Source of the DNA: Rhizophagus irregularis
Taxonomy: Eukaryota
DNA: 64,000 nt
Direction of reading: 5' to 3'
Assembly: GCF_026210795.1 (NCBI RefSeq)
Contig: NC_089436.1
Location: 1,984,001 to 2,048,000 of the forward strand
Part shown: in pieces, positions 1 through 14,171 of the stretch
Position numbering within the stretch: the first letter of the stretch is position 1
How the letters are laid out: each line of letters begins with the position of its first letter
Position numbers and translations under genes: made by a program
The notes under the pieces: model-generated
The model's input: the letters and a program-made list of their open reading frames with translations, nothing else
What the model was told of the DNA's origin: nothing
Databases searched by the model: none

Positions 1-1000
1 GAAAAAGAAACCTTTTTTTTAAAAAAAGATGCAATTTATAAAAAAACTAAAATAGATAGTTGTTTATATTTTCTGATATGAATACCCTTTAAATCAAACT
101 ACGGAGTTCAAAATGGCAAGATTTTTTATTGTACTTGTTGTACAAATTAATAGATTAAGAATAAAATGAATATTGATCCCGTATTTCGGTAGTCTTTATT
201 TGTAATTTCCCCATCTGGAAATGTTTTATTAAACACGAGATTAACTTTATTTGAAACAATGACAATTTATTTATAATTATGCATAGTTGAAGTAAGTTAT
301 TTTTTACAAATTGAATAACATAGCTTATTTTTATTTATTCGTTTACTTTATTCAGTGATGTATAAAAAAATGTTATACAATATATGAGTTGGGGACTCGA
401 GAAAATATTAAATTTTTACGATTTGAATGAATATCCACCCAGAATGGATCTTCAGATTTTCAATAAAATGAATTCACATGATTATATAGTATGGATTCGA
501 TCGAATTTTGTATCTACTCAAATCGCTCTTGGCTTTCATCTTAATGCAAAAAATAACTTCTTTTCTCGCTTTAATGATTATAAATAATTTATCACATTAC
601 CATTTTTTTGGTTAAATTCTTATTACAACAATTTTAACAATTTAAAGTACTTTTTTAAAAAAATTTTCAAAACTTCTTCATGTGCAGATAATGATCTTCA
701 ACCAATCCTTATAAAAAGAGCTAAATGGGGATAAATTAGATCAGATGATCGAATATCACTGAAAATCATATATAAAGTAACTACGCGAGTGTCTCATTAG
801 TCACATTAGTCACGAGTTTTACTTAGTGAATTAAATTTAAGTTGCTCACGTGATTGAGAAAAATTTCGGTATTTATTTCCGGTATATTTATGATTATAAA
901 TCTAAATTATGTAAATTATATCTATTTAATATCACGTATCTATAGCCATACAAACAGTGTATGAGTTTAACAAATATCTATTTATTAATTTTATAATAAT

Positions 1001-2015
1001 CTATTTTTCGATTAGATTCATCTTTTCCTGTCTTATATTTTCTCTCCCGCACCTTTCTCTGCTCTCATCTGTTAATTTCCAAGCTGGATCATAATAACCA
1101 TCTGATCGTTTAAGATCAGGATTTCGATAAGTGTTATTTTTACTACCAAGAGATGTGTAACTTTAAATTGATAAAAAAAAGATAAATAACGTTAGAGCCG
1201 AGAAAAGATATTCAATAAAGAAAAAGGATAATTTACCCCAAATCGTATAATACACAATATGGTACATTTAACGATCTTAAGAATTCCCATATTTGTGTGT
1301 AGTGCATATCTAGAATTGGGTGAACTCTCATAATTGATGGCCATCCATCGTCGGTTGGAGTAAATTCTTTCAGTTTACCTTAAAAAAAAATTATTTTAAT
1401 ATGTTATTCTTTTTTATTCTAAAAAAAAATCAATTTTTTTTGGTAAAACAATCACCTCCATGAGGATCATTTCTCCTTGTACCAACTAAGATAGCTTTAA
1501 TATTTGGTTTTTGTTTTAAATATTTTATCAACGCAGGTTTCATTGAGCCTTCTATTTTAACAATATTTAAACAATATCGTTTTTCACATTCTTTTACGAA
1601 TTCATCAACTTCAGAGAAAGGATTTGGATGTGTAACGTATAAAGCTTGGATATTAGGTATTTCGTCAGAATTTTGGTAAAATTTATAATAAACGGCTGCA
1701 AATAAATGTAATAATACAACACAGTCTTTTCCACCATTGAAAGAAAGACTCACCCCGTCAAGTCTTTATCGTACAAATAAAATATGATGTTATCAAACAT
1801 ATATCTATTGAAAAGTGAAAAAATTGAAAATAAAGAATTTATCTGATTAAGAATTCTATTTTAAAATCATACCCATATCGCTCCAAAGATTCTTCAATAA
1901 CTTTTAGTGCGAAAGTTGTCTTTTTCGAAATTGGTTGTTCTGAATTCGCCAATTCGTATACTTCTTTGTGGATTTTAGAAAAATAAACTCTGGCCTCGTC
2001 AGCACTAGAAGCCAT
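1001..2015 (-). CDS. FAD1: FAD synthetase (PAPS-reductase-fold FMN adenylyltransferase), multi-exon
   Basis: Motifs [15 protein letters not shown] and [10 protein letters not shown] in ORF 1430-1753. Downstream exons read [44 protein letters not shown] and ..[12 protein letters not shown] at 2015, TAG at 1001-1003. Confidence 0.9.
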
Positions 2016-2314
2016 ATGAGAATTTAATAAATATATTTTCTTTTTTTATATCTTAAAATCTTTCATTATTTCCTTATAAAAAAAATTTATAAAAAAGAAC
2101 CCAAGAAACTTTTAAATTGTAACGAATATTTACTAGTTTAAATAAATGATCCAAAAGTTCTTTAGCAAAAGTGCGGAGTTATTTATGATTATGTGATTGT
2201 ATTACATTTTAATCGAGATTACCACGTTTTCATTAATTTAATACATCATCTACTAATTTTGTTTACACGTGTAATTCCGACGCAGGTTTTATCTGAGATA
2301 TTTTTCGGAAACTT

Positions 2315-3828
2315 ATGTCTACCAAAAATCGAAACTATAGAAAGAAAACGAAAACTTTGAGTGACGAAGAACTCGCTGAAGATCAAAAAACTCCCAAAAG
2401 TATCGTAAAAGATGAAAATTTAGAAGATATTAGGTAATACTTAAGTCTTATACATTAATTTTATTATTGCTATTTGGTTTTTTCTATTTGCTCTTTGTTT
2501 ATTCAGTTTGATCAATGTTTTAGTGAAACAATTGAAGAACTCATCGAATTACGCAAGTATCGAAAAAGGCCACAAGGTATCGACGCAGAAAAACTATCAA
2601 AGGGAGAAACTAAAGCTAAGAAAAAGAAAAAAGATGATAAAATAGCGGCTAGTGATTTAGACGAGTTGGATGAAATTGGAGAAAATGAAAAGTAAACGTG
2701 ATTCCAATTTTTTATATTTGATATTCTTAATTCTTGCATTATTTAATTCTTATATTATCTAATTTTATAGAGATGATGAAGACGAAGAGGAGGTACAAAA
2801 GAAGAAAATTATGCTTGATTCGTTCACCAAACAAACCAATGCATTAGATGTAGATAAACATATGTAAGTTTTTGATTCTAAAATCTCATTAAATAAAAAA
2901 GTTCTATTAAATAATTGTATGTAACAGGATGGCTTACATAGAGGAAGAAATGCGTAAGAGAAGAGGCAAAAAGTCAGATGCAAAAAATGAGCACGAAGAT
3001 GAAGAACCTTCAAAGCCTTTGAATCCTCAAGATGAGCTTTTTCAGGCTCCGGACCACTTGAGAGTATGTATTAATCGTTTGACGATAAATGCAAAAAAGG
3101 ATATTTTCGTACGAATAATCCAATACAGTTAGACAATATAAGATAGACAACATATTAATTCATTAACAAAATAATAAAATATAACATTAACAAAGGAGCT
3201 CTACTTCATACGGTTCTTTATTTATATTATTTATTATTTTTCATTATTTATTTCAGGTTGAAAGCAAACCGATATCAGAGGGTAACGTACAATTATCAAC
3301 AACTATGTTAACTGCTATACCTGAAGTCGACCTCGGAATAGAGTTTGTATAAGATAAATTATTTTATACGGTCCATAATTTCAAATTGTACTAATTTTGA
3401 ACTTGTTTATCTTAGTGTTCGGCTAAAAAATATTGAAGAGACAGAAAAAGCAAAGCGCAAGTTGTTAGAACAACGACACCAAAAACCTAAAGATGAGAAA
3501 GATACAGTAAGTTACATTTATTATACAATACGCAAAGTTTATACTACTAAATTCTCGCTCTTTTCGTGAATCTTACAAAAAAGTTTGAAGGGTCAAATTT
3601 TTCTGCGACAAATAGATGTAAGTCAATTGCAAATATTGGAAAAAGTTTCCTTACCTTTTCTAATTTATTCGGTGTTGAATAGTTTATCGAACTCGCCCGA
3701 CTGTGAGTGATCATGAAAGAACAAATAACGATCAACCAAATCAAAATTCACACAAGACTGGACAAAGGAGAGAAATGGCCACAGACGATCTTGTTGCGGA
3801 AAGATTCAAAAAGAGACTACGACGCTGA
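2315..3828 (+). CDS. C9orf78/Tls1 (HCA59)-like splicing factor, multi-exon
   Basis: Spliced peptides FTKQTNALDVDKHM-MAYIEEEM, MLTAIPEVDLGIE-RLKNIEETEKAK and C-terminal MATDDLVAERFKKRLRR*, all typical of this family. Confidence 0.8.
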
Positions 3829-4109
3829 TAAATAGTCTAGAATTCTATGGAGGATAGTTACTTATTTATACAATATATCGGACTGACGTCCGGAACAAAT
3901 TCTTCTCGATACAATAGATCTATAAAATTTTACCAATTTCATTGTCTGTTATATCAGTTATTATTAAAATCTAGAAATTGTTTTATAATCAAAGAATAAT
4001 AAATACGTAACAGATAATAGTTATAAGCTACAATCACGTGATGATTGTTATATTCTCTGATTGTAGATGGATAATCTACAAAGTTCGTTTTTTTTGTTTT
4101 TTTTTCAAA

Positions 4110-6984
4110 ATGTTTTTACCAACTATTGATCTTTCTGAACAAGAAAAATTGTCCAATGCTCATTTTACTGATCTTATCAAATCTCTCAATTTACTTGGAG
4201 ATATTATCTTAAATATTCCCACTCTCGCTGACTCATCTTTGGTAAAAAAATTTCTTGAAACTCATCCTATAGATTCATATTGGATAAATCCTATTAAAGA
4301 ACAAGAATTTATTGATAATGATAGTATAATTCGTTTATTGGATCAAGGAACCGAAAAATTTATTATTCCTTCTTCAAAAATATTATCTTTAAATTTTGAT
4401 TACATACCAGCAGATAGATTAGCTATCAGTATAAATTTAGATCAATCAAAAGATATTGAGGAATTAATTAAAAAATTAACAGGATCTGTTTCTGCGTATT
4501 TAATTACTTTACCAATAAATTCGTCGACAAAATCTCTTTCCGAAGATTTAATTCAAAATTTAATTAATTTGACTAAATTGGCACAAAAAAGTTTATTACC
4601 ATCTGGAGGCCAAACAAGAATAGGAATTATTATAGATAACCATAATTCACCTTCAATTGAAATAATTCAACAATTGTCAGAAATTTCCGCAGATTTAGTT
4701 GTAGATATTGGAAGTCTTACTCTTGACCCTACAGATAAAGGATTGATTAATATTTCAGAATCATTAATCTGCACTTTGAAAACTGATCGTTCTGATGGGT
4801 TATTCACGACAATTGTTTCGGATGAACGAGGTGAGGCATTAGGGATTGTATATTCTTCTGCTGAAAGTATTCGAGAAGCACTTAAAACTAGAACGGGGAT
4901 ATATCAGAGTAGAAAGCGAGGTTTGTGGCATAAAGGTGCTACTTCAGGAGCAGTTCAAAAACTAAATAAAGTTCAAGTTGATTGTGATGGTGACTCTCTC
5001 AGATTTATCGTAAAACAATATGGCCCAGGTAAAAAGATAGCTTAAGTTAGTCATAACAAATTTAGCATTATTTAATCTCTGTATTTCTTTTAGGATTCTG
5101 TCACTTGAATACTCGTACATGTTTTGGTAATAGTAAAGGATTAACAGCACTTGAACAAACTCTTCAAAATCGAAAAGAATCTGCACCTCCTGGGTCATAT
5201 ACAGCAAAGTTATTCCAAAATCCGGATTTACTTCATTCAAAGATTATGGAAGAAGCGGACGAGCTATGTTCAGCTAAAACCAAAGATGAAATTGCTTGGG
5301 AAGCTGCTGATTTAATATATTTTGCACTTGTGAAATGTATAGCAAATGAAGTGCCTTTAACGGATATTGAATCGCAATTGGATAAGCGTTCGAAGATAAT
5401 TACTCGTAGACCTGGGAATGCTAAACCTAAATGGGATGTTACTTCAAATGAGACATTATCAGTACAAAATAATGAGAATAAGCAACAAGAATCACAAACA
5501 AAACCAGTTTCCACTTCATTATCAACTAAGAGTGAGACAATTAAAATGCAGAAGTTTGATTTATCTGAGATAAACGTTACGCAAAGGACATCGCTTCTTC
5601 AGCGTCCAATTATTAAATCTGATGATATTATGGCTAGAGTTCGTCCAATTATGGATGATGTTAGAAAAAAAGGTGACGCTGCACTCATTAAACTCACAGA
5701 AAAATTTGATGGTGTAAAACTTGCATCTCCTGTAATTTCTGCTCCTTTCCCTCCAGAAGCTATGGCGCTTGATGAATCAACACGTCTTGCCATTGATCGA
5801 GCTTATGATAATATTTATAAATTTCATGATGCGCAATATGACCGTTCCACTTTAGTTGTTGAGACCATGCCAGGAGTTGTTTGTTCTCGATTTAGTCGTC
5901 CAATTGAACGTGTTGGATTATATGTTCCTGGAGGAACTGCGATTTTGCCTTCTACTGCACTCATGTTGGGAATTCCTGCTAAAGTTGCAGGTTGTAAACA
6001 AATTGTATTTGCAAGTCCACCACGTAAAGATGGAACTGCTGTACCAGAAATATTATATGTTGCCCATAAAGTTGGGGCATCGAAAGTTGTATTGGCTGGT
6101 GGTTCTCAAGCTGTAGCAGCTCTTGCTTATGGCACTGAATCTGTCCCTAAAGTAGATAAAATATGTGGACCTGGAAATCAATACGTAACAGCTGCAAAGA
6201 TGGTCGTTCAGGTAAGTAGTTATCATAATCTATGAAATATTCATCGTTATTAATTAAAAATTTATTTATTAGAATGACAGTTCTGCTCTGACATCTATTG
6301 ATATGCCAGCAGGACCTTCAGAATTATTGGTTATAGCCGATAATACAAGCAATCCAGCATACGTTGCATCGGATTTATTATCACAAGCAGAACATGGAGT
6401 AGATTCTCAAGTAGTGTTGGTTGCTGTATCACTTACGTCTGAACATCTTGCAAAGATTGAACACGAAATTCATGCACAAGCAAGTATATTGCCAAGAGTA
6501 AATATTGTTAGTCAATCAATTCCAAAAAGTTTTATATTGCAAGTAGATACTTTGGAAGATGCTGTAAAATTCTCTAATGATTATGCTCCTGAACATTTGA
6601 TTTTGCATCTGGATAAAGCTGAAAGCTTGCTTGAAAAAATTGAGAATGCTGGAAGTGTTTTTGTTGGTCCTTATTCTCCTGAGAGGTTCGAATTAATATA
6701 AACTTAAAGTCCTTTTTTTTTTGATATGATATACTTATATAATTTATTTCATTAGTTGTGGAGATTACGCATCTGGTACAAATCATACATTACCTACATA
6801 CGGATATGCGAGAATATACTCCGGTGTAAATACTTTGACGTTCTTAAAACATATCACTTCTCAACAATTAACTAAAGAAGGATTGCATAACCTGGGAACT
6901 ACCGTAATGAGACTAGCAGAAGTTGAGGAATTAGAAGCTCATAGAAATGCTGTTCAAATTAGACTTAAAGATATGGAAGTTTAA
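4110..6984 (+). CDS. HIS4: Trifunctional histidine biosynthesis protein (PR-AMP cyclohydrolase / PR-ATP pyrophosphatase / histidinol dehydrogenase), 4 exons
   Basis: [98 protein letters not shown]. Three short GT-AG introns join the ORFs. Confidence 0.96.
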
Positions 6985-7983
6985 TTAATAAGAATTCTTT
7001 ATTTGATTTGAAAAGCTTGAAGTGTAAAAAATAAAACCGTAAATGATTATTTATTTTAACACAAGTTTAGAACTTTTAAATTAATAATTACATCGTTTCT
7101 GTATATAGCTCTCAAAATTTGTATCCTTGTGATAATAAAAATAGAGTAGTAAAAAAAAAAGAAAAAATCGATTTTTTATTAAAGTATAACCGGGCATATC
7201 GGTGATTATGTCCGATCTGAATATAGATCATGTAATTCGCAATATAAATCATGTATCTGGTATAAAGCTTTTACATATGCATCCATAAATCTTCAACTCT
7301 ATTTAGCATACTTGCAAATTTGTATCAATAATACTGAATTTAGATCCTTTAGAATAGTTATTTCCAATTAGTTATTTCATGTATATTATTATATCACACC
7401 CTAAGATTGTTTAAATACTATTACAAGTTATACTGTTAATGTTTTAATTGCTTATTATTATGAAAGAAAATTAAAAGATAGAATTAAACTTAGTGGAAAA
7501 ATTCAAATGATACATCTTTTAAATAGATATTCAAAAGGAATAAAATTGGGTTTAGCAGGTCATTAAGCCAATGATCTATAATGATAAAAAATAGATTAAA
7601 AGAATTTGTAAAGCTCATTTATTCACAATTGTTATTTAGTAAAAATTCTTTCTCTTCAACCAGCATAAAACTTAATTCAAGAAATATTGAAGTTATTACG
7701 GCCACAAAGTGATTTTTATTCCAAATTCTATTGTTAGCTAAACTTTATTGGGTATCCACAATTTATTTTACACAAGCCTACTATAAATTACCAGATTTCT
7801 TTAAAAATACTTAGTAATTTTCAATTACATAAAAATATATAAGTTTCCAATAAAATCACTCAATTTTTTTTTATTTGAAGCTAATCCTTCATAGATTTTA
7901 TATTTTAAATAAAAAAAAATGTTTTTAAGATATAAAAAAATTATCTGATTATAAAATATATTGACTTTTTGAGATTATTTTAT

Positions 7984-9073
7984 TTTATTTTATTTTATTT
8001 TTTTTATGTTTTAGGAGACATCATCATAGCCAGCTCACCAGAGCTACATGGAGGGAGCACTACAACTAAAGTTGCGGTAATGCACTCCTACCGTTGAGCG
8101 ACAGATAACCAAGCAACCTACTCTAATTATTTAGAAGTAACTGGATGTTCATCCCCCTACCCCCTATATACCACACTGGGAAGACGACCCAAGTTTATAC
8201 CCACACAAGGATGGATCGTAGTGTAGCAGGGGTTTCTGACACAGTTATACTACCCACTAGTGCCTGTCAGAAGTGAGTAACCACCCACGTACGGCAGATA
8301 TAACGGAGCAGACATCTAGAAGTTCTTCTATGATGGTTAGCTTAGAGGTACTGCAATACTAAGACTACTAATATGATCTCACTCAAAGCCCACTACAGGC
8401 CGCGATTACCATACCAGCCCACCATAGTTGTAAATCCCCCAGTAGTAATAGCAGTGACTACCAGAACAGTAAGCTGCTAAAGGTACTAGGATCACCCCTT
8501 TATTATAAGTAACCAACCCAGTTACCCAGGAATCACCCACCAGCACGTTAAATTCACTGAGGAATTGAATCTCACCTTAGAACCTTATATACCTGTGAGC
8601 CTACGAACGTCTCCAATCAGCCTAAACCTATTAGAAGGTAAACTAATGCTAAGACATTGCACTTGAGACTTTACTATCTATGAGGACCATCTAGCATAGT
8701 AAACCCCTTAATAAAGTTTACCACACCCTTAGTGGTATCGTAGAGTGACCCGCGAGAACGAAGGCTGCTCCCAGATGGTATGCAAGCAGATGACCATCAA
8801 ACAGGACAATAGGAGCTTCCGTGGCTGTAGGGGAACGCTAGGAGGGACAACGTGGTAACTTTGTTGAAATATGCCACCGACCAGTACATACTAATTCACC
8901 ATGATGCAGTCCAACCTACACTAATCCCTGTACCTTCACATTATTGGTAGTAGTGTCTGCAGTAAAATTCTTTTAATTTCCGTGATCAGTGGAATCGAAC
9001 CTGCAACCTCACCATACTCAGGCTTCACGAGGGGACTCACAGACTAACCAATGAGCCAAGAGTGATCAACCCC
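7984..9073 (-). mobile_element. tRNA-derived SINE-like retroposon (~1.09 kb)
   Basis: Minus-strand Pol III A box TGGCTCATTGG (9048-9058) and B box GGTTCGATTCC (8991-9001) at the 5' end, (AAAAT)n tail near 7984-8005, identical 13-bp flanks GAGATTATTTTAT at 7971-7983 and 9074-9086. Much higher GC than surroundings and no long ORF. Confidence 0.85.
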
Positions 9074-9717
9074 GAGATTATTTTATATATTTATTTGCAT
9101 ATAATAACATAAATAACTTTTAAAATTTCATTTTTATTTGCATTTTTAACAACTACAATTGATTATCTTTTAAATAAAAAAAAATTTTTTATATTAAAAA
9201 ATACCTATTTTACTATATTTTACTATTATTTTTTAAGGTTATTAGTAATTTTTAGTAAATTTGCCATTTTTCTAGATATATAAAAGCCTGTTAATTTTTA
9301 ATAGATTTTAGTAATTTTTTTTTATTCAAAAGCTAATCAATTTAATCAATTGTAATTTTTAAAAATATTATCTATATATAAATAAATATACAAAATAATT
9401 CTAAAAACTTATTATAATAATTAACAATTAGACAATTTTTTTTTATACTTTAAAATATTCTTTTTTATTTAAAATTTAAAATCTACAATGGATTATCTTT
9501 CAAATAAAAAGGTAATTTATTATAAATACTGTATAAGATAAATTTAATTAAAATATTATACAGTCGATTATAACTATAATTACTTACATTATAGTCGCAT
9601 TATTTTATATAATTATCTTAATTAAGTATTCCAAATTTCATATATAAAATCTATTATTTATCATAGTTACAAACTGTTTATAGTTACTATCACATCTATT
9701 TTTAAAAATTATATATA

Positions 9718-10182
9718 CAGTCAGCCCCCTCTACAATCACACCCCTCGGGACCATCCAATGGTGTGATTATAATGAGGTGTACCTAATGGGGAGGGTTAA
9801 ATATATAATCACACATATATAAATTTTTAAGTAAACGTGATTATATATATATATATATATATAATAATTAAGTAAAAGTTTATATGTAAAACCATCGAAT
9901 TTTTGAAAAATAAAAAACTTAAATTTTTCTCGATGGTAAAACAACAAAATAATAAAATGAAACGCACAGTTATTTTATAAATCACGTGATTTGTGTGCTT
10001 ATGCAGGGGAATTTTACATATATTTACTATAATATGGGACCGACGTTTGGTGTGATTGTACTTATAACTAATAAAGTGATTATAAAAGGGGTATTTTATA
10101 TATAAAAAAATCTGGACTAAAAAATGTGTACCTTAAGGAGGGGAGTTCTTATATGGGAGGTGCCTATAAAGGGGGTCGACTG
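9718..10182. mobile_element. Tc1/pogo-type MITE (465 bp)
   Basis: TA|CAGTCAGCCCCCTCTA ... TAAAGGGGGTCGACTG|TA: imperfect TIRs, TA target duplication, no ORF. Confidence 0.8.
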
Positions 10183-10229
10183 TACATGTAATTATAAAGA
10201 ATTATTTATTAAAATATAATTATTTAAAA

Positions 10230-10760
10230 TCTAATGATTAAATTTTAATATTTTTTAGTTCATCAAATTTGTTTTATTAAAAGGAATCAAATAATAGTAA
10301 TTTCATAGTAATTAAATTAATATTGACTGAAAAATCTAATTTTAAAGATCAAATCAGCATTATATATATATAATTTGTGTAATATTAAATAATTACTATA
10401 GATTCCAGTAATCAGATTTTAATGATCTTAAATTCATTAGAATTATTTTATTAAGAGAAATCAAATAATAGTAATTTTATAGCAGTTAGATTAATATTAA
10501 CTAAAAGATCCAATTTTAAAAATTAAACTAATATTCTATTTTATATATTACTAAGTAATCCAATTTTAAAGATCAAATTAATATTCTATATCCCTAATAT
10601 GTAAAATTTGCATAATATTAAATATTTAACTTTATTTTGACTTTATTTCAATTATTACAGGTTTTAGTAATCAGATTTTAATAATTTTAGATTCATTAAA
10701 ATTGTTTTATTAAAAGAAATTTAATGGTAATAATTTTATAATAATAATTAGAAATATTAA
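10230..10760. repeat. Degenerate tandem repeat, about 3 units
   Basis: Block ATTAAAAGGAATCAAATAATAGTAATTT.ATAG and CAGTAATCAGATTTTAAT recur near 10277, 10450 and 10710. Confidence 0.55.
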
Positions 10761-11379
10761 CTATTAATAAAATTATTGTTTTTTTTTTACTATTTATTCA
10801 GAATAGAAGATTAAAGAGTATTTAAAATTACCCTTATAAATGCATTCTAAAATACTTTTTTTATACCTTAATTCTATATTAATTTAGAAAAATATCATAG
10901 TACTAATTATTAGGTTTAAAAAAGTCTCTTTTTAAATAATTATATAAAGTTAAATTAAGTTTTTATATTTGAAAACTTTATCTAGCTATATAATTATCTA
11001 CTTGAGAATTATAATACAATATTAAATATCCTTTTATAACTTATATTATAAAAGTGTAAACTTATTTAAGATCATTATAGTCTTATAATTTACAATTTCT
11101 ACGAAATTACAGTTGTATTATTTCCTAATAGTCTGGTAAGTGAATTTACATCAAATGATTATACCATTATATAAATAACTACTAAGGTAAAAAGCATGTA
11201 AAAGGTGCAAAATCATTTTAGTAAAGGATTAATTTACTTCAAAAATTACTACCAATATGTTAAATTTAACAAAAAAATTAAATCTAACTTGATATAGCAT
11301 TTGGCTTATAAACATTATAGTCAACTTAAATTTAATAAAAAATAAACTACTATAAAAATATAAAAATATTGCATCCATG

Positions 11380-11712
11380 ATTTTACCATCTATGAGAATT
11401 ATCTAATATCTAAAAAATACTTTAGTGGTATTATAAAATGATTACTAAATAAGAACTCATTCAAATAGTATGCAAACAGTAACTCACTAACTCTAGATAG
11501 AATTATAAACTTTCAAAAAGCCTTTGTAAAAATGGTAGAGAATACCAATTCTTTATTAAAATATGCATTTTAATTATATATACTAATATATTATAATGCA
11601 ATTCAATATTATACACTAATCCCTACACCTTCACTCTATTAATGGCAATATTTGCAATAAAATTCTTTTAATTTTTATAATTAGTAAAATCAAATCTATA
11701 ACCTTATTACTA
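11380..11712 (-). mobile_element. Decayed second copy of the SINE family; may extend left to ~10780
   Basis: 11612-11712 aligns colinearly with 8918-9015 (ACACTAATCCCT..ACCTTCAC..TAAAATTCTTTTAATTT). 11380-11485 resembles 8670-8795. Confidence 0.7.
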
Positions 11713-14171
11713 TAATTAGTAGACTATATAAAATAGTACACACCTTAATAATTACATTAAAATTGATCAGTAATTTTAATATTTAACCAAAATTATTATT
11801 TATAATTTTACTGATTGGATATTACTTATAAATACATCTTAAATATAACTTGTCCTAAATGTATAATTATAAAGAAAATTGATTGTATTATTTTATAAAA
11901 TATTTGACTAAATAATAAATTAAATTAAATTATAAATTACATTATAAAAATATAAAAAAATAATTTTTTAAATTACTTAATATCTAATAAATATTAATAA
12001 TTAGAAAGTTACATATACAAATTAAATAAAAACTATTAATAATATTTAAGTAATATAAATAGTACCTTTATTTTTACTTCTTATCATATATTAACTAATA
12101 ATAAAGAAAAAGTTTATTTTAAAGTAGTCATTCCTATTTTAACTAATACTTTATAAAAAGACTTTTGTAATGCTTTCAAAAAAAAAAGAAAATCATATAT
12201 GAATGCAATATTTAATGTCCAGTTAGTTACCTAATATATAACTATTATAAAATTCAGAAATATGGTAAGACTTTTAGTTTTGCAAAAGTAAAAAATTTTT
12301 TAATAAAATCACTTTTAATATGTAGTTTCTTTAAAACTAAGAGCTTTTAGCTTGGATTAGTCTTAAAAGAATTCTCTTAAATCTATAAACTGATAAAAAG
12401 TACTTTATAATCACTCAGGTGAGAAAAGTTAAACTTTTCCTTTAGTGTTCTTTTACTGGAAAAATGGTCAAGAGATTAGTGAATAAGAAATATAGTTAAT
12501 CCTTAAATTAATTTATTTTGAATTGTTATATTGAATTATAATTATATATATTAACTAATATTTGTAAAAATATATTATAAAGTATAATATATATATAAAT
12601 TAGATGAAAAAATATATTAAATAGCCGAAATTCTTTATAATACTATAGCAATAAATTAAATTTATAAAGCTTTTTAATTTTTTAATTCTATTATACTATT
12701 AAAATTATAATATTTTGAATATAAATTTCTCTCTAAATTATTCTAATAGTATGAAATTTTATTTACTAACTATTTTCTTTGGCAAAATAGTTAGTTTTTT
12801 TATTACAGGACCTGCAGAATTAAAAAAAATTATTGAGATAGAAATTTAGAATATTAGAAAGTTAGGCTTAGTTATTAAAATTATTGAAAAAATTTAATTC
12901 AACTTAATTAGTTTAAAGCTTTATATTATTTATATATGTTTATTTATATATGTATTAAAAATTTCCATTGTTAATTAAAATAGTATTAAAAACAATTAGA
13001 AATTTAATATACTGTACTTCCAATCATTTAGTAAATATATTATAATAAATAAAAGATAGTTACTATATATTATTATTTATCAATTTACATTATTTTGAAA
13101 CCTTAAAATTATTTTCTTAAAATTACTTTAATTAAAATAATAATTTTATTATCTATAAGTTTATACATAGGTTTTATAATTGCTAAAAAACAAAATACAA
13201 ATATATATGGTAAGAACGCTTAAGTTTAAGCTAGTAAGTTGATAAAGACCTAAAGCTTTACAATCGATATTTATTGGTTAATGATATGAAGCCAAAAAAG
13301 TTTATGGAAATAAAACTTGATTAATATAGTAAATTATATGTTACTAGTGGAGATAAGACGTCATAGTTTCCTTAATTATGGAATCATTATACATTTAATA
13401 CTAAACAATTTGTTGGGGCCTTGAAGGCTAAATTATGATTTAAATTTTACAAAATTCGCGATTTTTTTTTATCACAGAAAGTGATCGGAAAGAATTATTA
13501 AAACTGCAGTCACAGCATGATCAATAATACACTAGTAGTATATTCAAATTAATTTAGGTTTCTCAACTTATAATCTACATTCATTAAAAATTTCCATATA
13601 TAGAAACTTTTTTTTGTAAATTAAGTTTCAAAGTATTTTTCGGCAATATGTTTCGTGTAAAATATGCAAATTGATCATCTATGGTAAAGCTTTAATGCAA
13701 TTTTCGTCTTTTCGTACACCTTTACTTCTTTTACATACAATATTTTCTCAAGAAAAATATGCACGTGAAGAGAATTGCCTTGCAATAAATAAATATGGTG
13801 TGGCACGAACTATAACAATGGCTTGTCAACTTCTTTATAATGTATCAGAAGTAAAAAGAACAATGAATTATTTACCTGCTATCAAGCCACTCTATTACCA
13901 CTTGAAATCTATCTATCACACTATCGCCTAAAAAATTCCCTTATTGATAAATAGAATGAGTCCAGATAATCGGATTCCAACTCCGAGTTGAAGTCACACC
14001 CTATTAATATATATATATATAGTTTGTACATTTTGACATAAAAGTCCGTCATTTGCGCTGATATTTTTTTTTTTTTTAAAAAAAAACCTCCTTAAACCAG
14101 CGATCTAAAACTCACACTCTCGTAAAAATTTCCTAATTCTCATATAATAAAAGAAAACTTAAAAATCTACA

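Noticed and set aside
384..587. 67-aa ORF and the many antisense ORFs overlapping real genes
   Set aside because: No homology cues; expected by chance or as shadows of the coding strand.
8982..9073. Functional tRNA gene
   Set aside because: A and B boxes are present but I could not build a canonical cloverleaf, and it is the head of a TSD-flanked element.
13671..13931. 86-aa ORF upstream of RHO3
   Set aside because: TTG start, no recognisable motif; probably promoter or UTR.
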